DNA from: a virus
Taxonomy: Duplodnaviria > Caudoviricetes
DNA: 64,000 nt
IMG/VR virus record: IMGVR_UViG_3300033463_000038
Coordinates: 55,673-119,672 of that record
Reading direction: 5' to 3' (one strand)
A program made the translations under genes and the position numbers. Each line of letters begins with the position of its first letter. Positions within the stretch are counted from its first letter, which is position 1. The notes under the pieces are model-generated. The model worked only from the letters and a program-made list of their open reading frames with translations. It was not told where the DNA came from and did no database searches. Positions 57,630 through 64,000 of this stretch are shown here, piece by piece.

Positions 57630-58297
57630 CAAAGTCAGAGGTACGTGATCTGTTCATCCGCAGAGGATTCAATCTGAGAGAGGAGAAGAGCCAAGACTAC
57701 ACAGTCGTCGAGCGCAACGGCGAGGTAGTGGGCACTATCTATGATGAGGAAGTCTACATAGCTGACAACTATCCGTCTCTCAACCAGGGTAAATCACCAA
57801 CTTACACAGACACTACGAAGACTATCGTCTCATTCAAGAAGCCGTTGAAGATGGTAGAAGACGCGATAGAGTTTCTCTTAGATTCTGAATATGTATCTAG
57901 GACAAGAGAGATTGCAATTGAACGGCTTCAGGCAGCTGGTCTCGAAGTTACTGATGTACCGCGAGACAAGACGAAATATCCCGATCTTCACTTCGAGATA
58001 TGTTATCACGGCGAGAAGGTCGGTGACATATACGAAAACGAGATGTATCTCGCGACAGCGCTGCCTTCTCTAGAACAGCTGGGCGTATTCACGTCAGTGT
58101 ATAAGAGCTCGATAGCTTTCGGTGTTCAGAGCGCTATCGATCTGCTTCTGACTGAGACGTTAGAGAGACTGAAGACTTCTGCAGAGAAATACGACGATCT
58201 TGTACGTGAGAAGCGCATCACTGACGTTCGAAACTACTTCAAAGACAGAGAAGACACAGAGTTCGTTAAGTCACTACATGACGCAGACAGGAGCTGA
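57626..58297 (+). CDS. YF-motif family member 7 (duplicated N-terminal domain)
   Basis: Two GE.VG.IY[DE]...PSL domains; REKRITDVRNYFKDR. Confidence 0.75.
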   Translation: MTKSEVRDLFIRRGFNLREEKSQDYTVVERNGEVVGTIYDEEVYIADNYPSLNQGKSPTYTDTTKTIVSFKKPLKMVEDAIEFLLDSEYVSRTREIAIERLQAAGLEVTDVPRDKTKYPDLHFEICYHGEKVGDIYENEMYLATALPSLEQLGVFTSVYKSSIAFGVQSAIDLLLTETLERLKTSAEKYDDLVREKRITDVRNYFKDREDTEFVKSLHDADRS

Positions 58298-58299
58298 GT

Positions 58300-58743
58300 A
58301 TGAAGCTGAGCAGAACTGAGTGCATAGAGATGATCGAGAGAGCTGGAATGGAAGTCCAAGTGAAGAACGACATCATCAACGCATATCGAGACAGAGTATT
58401 GTACAAGGGCGAGCGAGTGGGCACTGTGTACTACGACAGCGTATCTCTCAGCCCTCACTACGACTATGACGACGATCCAGTGAGGATCCAGTTCAAAGAC
58501 GAGCCCGCGGCAGAGAGGTTAGAGAAATCTCTCAAGCTGCTAGTCGATTACGAAGCTGTCAAAGGCATGAGAAATCCAGACGCCGAAAGAGAGCTGAGAA
58601 TTCAGAGAGTAAAGAACGTCCGCAAGTACTTCCAAGACCGCAAGGACGCAGAGACGATACTATCTCAGCCGACATACGACTACGAGAAACTGATCAAGCA
58701 GTTGACCAAACTGTCAACAGAGGAGAATCTCAAATGCTGTTAG
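58300..58743 (+). CDS. YF-motif family member 8
   Basis: YKGERVGTVYY; RIQRVKNVRKYFQDRK. Confidence 0.75.
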   Translation: MKLSRTECIEMIERAGMEVQVKNDIINAYRDRVLYKGERVGTVYYDSVSLSPHYDYDDDPVRIQFKDEPAAERLEKSLKLLVDYEAVKGMRNPDAERELRIQRVKNVRKYFQDRKDAETILSQPTYDYEKLIKQLTKLSTEENLKCC

Positions 58744-59147
58744 CAATCTTAGCAGCTATCTATATCATCGTACTCATATCAGCACTACTGTACATCCTCG
58801 GATGCTTAGTAGCAAAGCGTATGATCTCAAGGCGAAAGAAGTATCAAGATCATATCGACGATCTGGTAGAAGAGCTGTTCCCTCCATCTATCCAAGACTC
58901 TTCTGCTATAGACACGACTGTCCAAGACACGACTGTCCAAGAAGCTGCTGTCATCGAGTCCGATCTCCAGCGCCAAGAGACCAAGCGCAAGATGGTCGCA
59001 GACATCAAACGGTACTTCAATCAACGCAAGATGGACGCAGCTCTTCGAGATACAGAGAACAAGATAGGTCTACCGACGAGCTCGCCCATGTTATCCGATG
59101 GACCAGTCAGACCGACTCCTCCCTCTATAGGTCTATGGCTCGAATGA
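58734..59147 (+). CDS. YF-motif family member 9, N-terminal membrane anchor
   Basis: About 26-aa hydrophobic helix then basic residues; KRKMVADIKRYFNQRK. Confidence 0.7.
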   Translation: MLLAILAAIYIIVLISALLYILGCLVAKRMISRRKKYQDHIDDLVEELFPPSIQDSSAIDTTVQDTTVQEAAVIESDLQRQETKRKMVADIKRYFNQRKMDAALRDTENKIGLPTSSPMLSDGPVRPTPPSIGLWLE

Positions 59148-59289
59148 TCATCTCTCTCCATATATGCGCTATATTGGCATCATTCTCGGCAGGATTCCTG
59201 GCCGCTATACCCGGCCCAAAACCGGCATATTCCCCGGGTCCCAGTAGAACCTCTCCTCTCTCCAAAAGTTTGTATTAAGGCATATAAGA

Positions 59290-59770
59290 CACCCCTACCG
59301 CCCTCTTCGACTCCCGTGCCCTATATCAACCGGACAGCTCGCATGTTCACGCACGGAGAAATTTCCCAAAATTTTTTCCCCCAAAAAAATTGGCCTCTTA
59401 CTTTTCCGCAAAAAATCGCAAGTCGCCTGCATCTCACCCGCAGGAATTCGCACTATTCCGCATCTTTCCGCACTACCCCGCAAAACTGCTTTTATGTTAC
59501 ATCCCGCAGAAATTTTTCCAAAAATTTTTTTCCAAAAATTTTTCCCAAATTTTTTCCCAAAAATTTTCGATCCACGGGCGCTTGCGTCGAAAATGCGCTT
59601 TATCGGAAAAGGCTCATTTTGGGACTTATGTTACATTCCGAAGAAATTTTCCAAAAAAAATTTTCCAAAATTTTTGGGCGCTCTGCGGGGACTGCGGAAA
59701 TCTAGAGAAATGTTAGATCGCGAGAAATTTTTTCCAAAATTTTTTCTCAGAAATTTTTGGGACCCCGGAC
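59290..59770. repeat. non-coding iteron / A-tract region (ori or packaging-site candidate)
   Basis: Four ATGTT..N..AGAAATTT(T)CCAAAATTTT units at 59343, 59494, 59628, 59710; clustered CCGCA. Confidence 0.7.
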
Positions 59771-59910
59771 TTACATACAAGTTAAGAGGATCGTGAGGAA
59801 AACGTAATGTAATGAAAATATGAGGATGCAAGAAGAGCGAGAGAAATAGATCCTCTCGCTCAGTTCTTGAATTATGAGAAATCTCTTCTCTACTAAGCCA
59901 CAGCATGGCT

Positions 59911-61095
59911 CTAAGCCATAGTTCCACCCCAAGAGGTAGGTATCTGAGCCCTCTCTGCTGCACCAGAATCAGTATCTTTACCACAATTACCGAACGTGGA
60001 AGTGTGAGATGGTACAGGAGCTTGAGTGCTTGCTTGCTGGTATAAAGCTAGTGCCCCAGACTGTACCTTTACACATCTATAGAACATGCTACTCATATTC
60101 GTACAAGAGCTAGTATTGAACAATGGTACTGTAGTGAGAGCAGTACAGTTATTGAACATGCTACTCATATCAGTACAAGAACTAGTATTGAACAATGGTA
60201 CTGTAGTGAGAGCAGTACAGTAATTGAACATCCTACTCATATTCGTACAAGAGCTAGTATCAAATAATGGTACTGTAGTGAGAGCAGTACAGCTATAGAA
60301 CATGTAACTCATATTCGTACAAGAGCTAGTATCAAATAATGGTACTGTAGTTAGAGATGAGCAATTCCGGAACATGCTACTCATATTCGTACAAGAGCTA
60401 GTATCAAATAATGGTACTGTAGTGAGAGCAGTACAGTAATAGAACATGCTACTCATATTCGTACAAGAGCTAGTATCAAATAATGGTACTGTAGTGAGAG
60501 CAGTACAGTAGTCGAACATGCTACTCATATTCGTACAAGAGCTAGTATCGAACAATGGTACTGTAGTTAGAGCAGTACAGCTATTGAACATGCTACTCAT
60601 ATTCGTACAAGAGCTAGTATCAAATAATGGTACTGTAGTTAGAGATAAGCAATCGGCGAACATATAGCTCATATTCGTACAAGAGCTAGTATCGAACAAT
60701 GGTACTGTAGTTAGAGCAGTACAGCTATTGAACATGCTACTCATATTCTCACAAGAGCTAGTATTGGCTCCTAGTACTTCAACCAATCTTGTATTGTTCA
60801 TAAAGAGGCTTGTCCAGTCAGTGCTATTCTTGTAGATGTCCCAGACGTTCTCGTCAGCATCGACAAGAGTCTGACTGTCTCCCATAGTAGGTGTATAGCC
60901 AGAAGTGAACTTGCATCGAATAGTGAATGGAGGAAGTCCTAGAGGATTGTAAGGATCAACTGAGCTACCTTTGTCGTAGTGAAGCTCTCTGTCAGCTGCG
61001 ATCATCGAGACGGTCGGTCCGCCCAGAGCTTCTCTTGCGCTCTGGTCTGATGTGTAGTCTGATAAGGTAGGATATAGATTGATATAATCTGCCAT
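59911..61095 (-). CDS. BspA/DUF285-type leucine-rich-repeat protein
   Basis: Nine full 24-aa repeats MSxMFxxCTALTTVPLF[DN]TSSCT[ND] plus a partial tenth; AAGGAG SD; late promoter 61173 (-). Confidence 0.85.
   Translation of the reverse strand: MADYINLYPTLSDYTSDQSAREALGGPTVSMIAADRELHYDKGSSVDPYNPLGLPPFTIRCKFTSGYTPTMGDSQTLVDADENVWDIYKNSTDWTSLFMNNTRLVEVLGANTSSCENMSSMFNSCTALTTVPLFDTSSCTNMSYMFADCLSLTTVPLFDTSSCTNMSSMFNSCTALTTVPLFDTSSCTNMSSMFDYCTALTTVPLFDTSSCTNMSSMFYYCTALTTVPLFDTSSCTNMSSMFRNCSSLTTVPLFDTSSCTNMSYMFYSCTALTTVPLFDTSSCTNMSRMFNYCTALTTVPLFNTSSCTDMSSMFNNCTALTTVPLFNTSSCTNMSSMFYRCVKVQSGALALYQQASTQAPVPSHTSTFGNCGKDTDSGAAERAQIPTSWGGTMA
60073..60765 (-). repeat. 72-bp coding tandem repeat
   Basis: Period 72 (gaacat at 60082, 60154, ...), near-identical at nucleotide level. 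Confidence 0.9.
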
Positions 61096-61172
61096 ATTGA
61101 AAAATTCTCCTTTTAACGCCAACAGAGACTCTTTACACGATCTCTAGAGTGACTTTTTTGCTCAATATGATT

Positions 61173-61184
61173 TATTTATAAATA
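61173..61184. promoter_or_regulatory. overlapping divergent late promoters (TATTTATAAATA)
   Basis: 12-bp palindrome carrying TATAAATA on both strands, between divergent genes. Confidence 0.7.
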
Positions 61185-61238
61185 TATCCAATAGAGAAGC
61201 ATGATAGAGAAGCATGATAGAGAAAAAGGACAGCAGAT

Positions 61239-61988
61239 ATGGGTAGCGGAATCTTCGAGCAAGAGTGGCTGTGCAGCACTGTCAGAGAGAAGCCAGTGTA
61301 CTGCACAGCAGTCGATGGAAAGAACGTCAGCGAGGATGACGCTGCGCTATCTGAGCGTGTCGCTATCGAAGGAATCGATCTATACGGACTCAAGATGGCT
61401 TACTATCCAGTCTCAGAGCACGCCTATCAGGACGGCGCTGTCTCGATAGATCCTCTGTTCGGAGAGCAGCAGATGGAGACGATCGACAGAGCGTTCTGGT
61501 TCATGGGATATGTCTCTCAGTTGCCTCCAAATGTCAGAACATATCAGCTTCAGGGCATCTGGGGCGAAGACATAGTCCAGCTGTACGTGTCGACTGCTGC
61601 TTTCCTGTACTTCTCCACTTACGGCGGATCAGACCGTAACACTCCAGAGATGCACGGCAAGATGCCGCCACGGATAGGAGATGTCGTATATATTCCTAAC
61701 AACGGCACTCTGTACGAGATCGTGGACGTGAAGAACTGGGAAGAGGCGTTCGGACTCACTCCGAGGTACAAGCTCATCACTCTTAGAGTCTTCAAGGACA
61801 ACAAGAAGACTGTATCAAGTGATCCGAGCATTCCAGCTGACGATCCGATAAGAAGAGCGTCTCCGAGCGAGGTCTCTGCATATCAACCCACTACAGACGT
61901 TCTCAAGATAGATCCAGCAGAGACTCCAGACGAAGACAGAGTGGACTTGTTCGACTGGATGTACGACTTCAACAAGGAGAAGAGATGA
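61239..61988 (+). CDS. 14: neck protein (T4 gp14)
   Basis: EGIDLYGLKMAYYP, DPLFGE, PRIGDVVYIP...LYEIVDV. Confidence 0.8.
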   Translation: MGSGIFEQEWLCSTVREKPVYCTAVDGKNVSEDDAALSERVAIEGIDLYGLKMAYYPVSEHAYQDGAVSIDPLFGEQQMETIDRAFWFMGYVSQLPPNVRTYQLQGIWGEDIVQLYVSTAAFLYFSTYGGSDRNTPEMHGKMPPRIGDVVYIPNNGTLYEIVDVKNWEEAFGLTPRYKLITLRVFKDNKKTVSSDPSIPADDPIRRASPSEVSAYQPTTDVLKIDPAETPDEDRVDLFDWMYDFNKEKR

Positions 61989-62518
61989 ATAAGCTCGACC
62001 GATTCGGATATTACGAAGAAGACGATGACGACGACGAAGAGGAATTCGACGGAGAAGACTTCGACTCTGAGGAAGATAGAGAAGCTCTGCTGTTCAACGA
62101 GCTGACTCTGAGGCAGATCAATCGAGAGCTAGTGTGCTTAGACAATCGAGACTTGGTCGAATTTCTCGCATGGGAGCTAGACCGTCTCGACTTCACTGAC
62201 GACAGCGAGCTAGTGCTGGTCGGGATAGAGTTCGACACGCAGTATCTCTTGCAGTTCTACAACATAAGAGAGGACAAGACTGTCAAGACTGCGACTGGCG
62301 CTGGAAACATATACATGCTTGTCGACGGATGGATCATGAAGACGCTGACTGACTTGTACATCGATCGTCTATATGGAGATCTAGCCGACGTATATCCGTC
62401 AGATATGACAGACTGTCACATGAACATATTGATCGACATTCTCGACTGGAAGAAAGAGAACGAGATCGAACCCATCGGTTCTAAGAGCCCAGAAGACGGA
62501 CCCCGCGAAGATAAGTAG
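61985..62518 (+). CDS. acidic hypothetical protein
   Basis: D/E run at the N-terminus; ATGA overlap, AAGGAG SD. Confidence 0.6.
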   Translation: MNKLDRFGYYEEDDDDDEEEFDGEDFDSEEDREALLFNELTLRQINRELVCLDNRDLVEFLAWELDRLDFTDDSELVLVGIEFDTQYLLQFYNIREDKTVKTATGAGNIYMLVDGWIMKTLTDLYIDRLYGDLADVYPSDMTDCHMNILIDILDWKKENEIEPIGSKSPEDGPREDK

Positions 62519-62897
62519 AGGGTACGTTGTGCATTATGATTCCCGCTGGGGTCCTCTTGTCTCCCTTCGTGACCCTGACATCCCACAGCTGCACGTGATC
62601 GACTTCTAAGCTTCTCCTGATGATCTCGTACATGCACTTGTCTCCTGGATCGAGAGCGTCTATGCACAGCACTCCGACATCGAGATCGACGTTCTCTATA
62701 ATTTCGTTTTTAGCTGGTTCTGGGGCGTTTTCTTCTGTAGAGATAGTTTCTGACGGCTTGAGCGTTTTAGCCTCTTTGACGGCTGTTTCCAGCGGATTCT
62801 TGATCCAGTTTGGGGTACGAGGGTTAGTTACGATCTTCTTGATAGCTTCGATGAGCATTCTGCACTGCTGTCTCTCGATAGAAATCTGCTCTGCCAT
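62481..62897 (-). CDS. hypothetical protein
   Basis: GGAG SD before MAEQ. Confidence 0.55.
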   Translation of the reverse strand: MAEQISIERQQCRMLIEAIKKIVTNPRTPNWIKNPLETAVKEAKTLKPSETISTEENAPEPAKNEIIENVDLDVGVLCIDALDPGDKCMYEIIRRSLEVDHVQLWDVRVTKGDKRTPAGIIMHNVPSTYLRGVRLLGS

Positions 62898-63037
62898 GAA
62901 TTTTTCTCCAGTTTTTTGTTTACGATCCCGATAAAGTTTCTTATATTTATGATGAGGCTGGACTTTCTCTTTGCCGTCCAGCTTTGCTCCTGGATTCACA
63001 GGTTTCCATATTTCCTAGTGAATTCTTGGTTAGGTTG

Positions 63038-63079
63038 GCGCCGGGTCAGTTCACCTCCTTCACTGACCCGGCGTTTTTT
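63038..63079 (+). terminator. terminator hairpin with anti-SD loop
   Basis: cgccgggtcagt-tcacctccttc-actgacccggcg-tttttt. Confidence 0.75.
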
Positions 63080-63141
63080 CAGCTATAAATAATTCAAACA
63101 GATCTGCTCTTGTACGAATAGCAGACTCAAGGAGAATTTTT

Positions 63142-64000
63142 ATGGCTAAGTGGGTCAACAAATATCCGAACTCGACTGGATATGAATCCGAGACTGAAGC
63201 GCGAAACGCTCTCGGCAAGACTGTTTCTCTCGTCCTGAATCCGAGAACTCTTCATTACGACAAAGGCAATGGTGGAGGGGGGGGTCCTTCCAGCTTACAC
63301 AGTTAGACTCAAGTACGTCGATGGATATGATCCACATGATCACTTCGGAAACAACACGAATCTCACTCAAGTTTCATCGAGTCCTAACGTATGGGATGCG
63401 ACTAAGGTCCAGAACAGTACGAACATGGAAGGCTGGATCGGTGTAAACGGGGCTATTGACGAGAATCTCCTTGAAGTGATCGCTGCTAACACGACTGGCG
63501 TTACTACTATGGCTAGAATGTTCCAGAACTGTCGTGCACTTACCTCAGTTCCACGCTTTGACACTAGTTCGTGCACAACGACTCAGTACATGTTCCTAGC
63601 CTGCTATCAATTGACGTCTTCTCCGCTGTTTGACACTTCATCTGTAACTAATATGGAGGGTATGTTCGAGAGCTGTATATCACTTACATCGGTTCCTCTT
63701 CTGAGCACTGCTTCTTGTACAACGATGGATATAATGTTCAAGAATTGCTACAACGTAGAGAGTGGAGCATTGGCTCTATATCAGCAAGCCTCAGAACAGA
63801 CAACGCCTCCAGCATCTCATTCAGGCACATTCACCGACTGCGGTAGAGACTCAGTAGCTGGATCTGCCGAGCTTTCTCAGATTCCTCAAGACTGGGGTGG
63901 TACTTATTCTCCAGCAGATCCTTACAATCCACTGAATCTTCCTGCTTACACAATTCGCATTAGGTGCGTTGATGGCTATGATGCTAGTAGCTGGTGGGGA
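63142..64000 (+). CDS. second BspA/DUF285-type LRR protein, frameshifted at a G8 tract (63277-63284); runs off the window
   Basis: Start frame 63142-63306 (MAKWVNKYP...LHYDKG) and the open frame 63284-64000 (VLPAYTVR...MFQNCRALTSVPRFDTSSC...ALALYQQAS...WGG) both align with 59911..61095; late promoter 63084, AAGGAG SD. Confidence 0.8.

Noticed and set aside
58911-58940. 15-bp tandem duplication (DTTVQ twice)
   Set aside because: Simple slippage in a disordered linker.
59295-59984. Overlapping ORFs rich in F/K/N/P in several frames
   Set aside because: By-product of A/T/C homopolymer repeats lacking stops; no SD and atypical codon use.
60073-60765. CRISPR array
   Set aside because: Repeats are contiguous 72-bp in-frame coding units with no unique spacers, and there are no cas1/cas2 genes.
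1-64000. Alternative genetic code (TAG or TGA recoding, as in Lak or crAss phages)
   Set aside because: Core genes are full length in the standard code and end in TAA, TAG and TGA; only one internal TGA was seen.
59911-64000. Complete diversity-generating retroelement
   Set aside because: No reverse transcriptase or non-coding template repeat in the window, and some variant codons (CGG, GCC GAT) do not fit adenine-only change.
1-64000. tRNA or rRNA genes
   Set aside because: No cloverleaf or T-loop pattern recognised in intergenic regions by eye; tRNAscan-SE was not run.

Overview
A 64-kb segment of a large T4-like (Tevenvirinae-related, probably jumbo) myophage genome in the standard genetic code. 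The host cannot be named from sequence. T4 core homologues are present but scattered: gp47/gp46, UvsY, UvsW, a family B DNA polymerase, RuvC, tail sheath gp18, gp15, gp3, gp14, baseplate gp5/gp25/gp26-like x2/gp53/gp7-like/gp27-like, and several tube-fold paralogues. Transcription signals are T4-type late boxes (TATAAATA) and a conserved early promoter family (TTTAGA-N17-TATATT, 7 copies). The most unusual elements are: (1) an early operon of 9 genes, plus a distant 41-aa micro-ORF, that share a C-terminal R-x-x-R-V-x-x-V-[RK]-x-Y-F-x-x-R helix, with one membrane-anchored member; (2) a terminase C-half that begins with an atypically split intein C-fragment whose N-partner is not in the window; (3) a plasmid-like primase/Rep gene with a switchable pseudoknot leader and a downstream triple-site palindrome; (4) two BspA/DUF285-type LRR genes, one with near-identical repeats varying at few positions and one broken at a G8 tract; (5) tandem thymidylate-synthase-fold genes with the cytosine-type Asp; (6) a compositionally alien iteron/A-tract region; (7) Hint-like insertions in the DNA polymerase. 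All family calls come from motif recognition by eye. No database searches were run.
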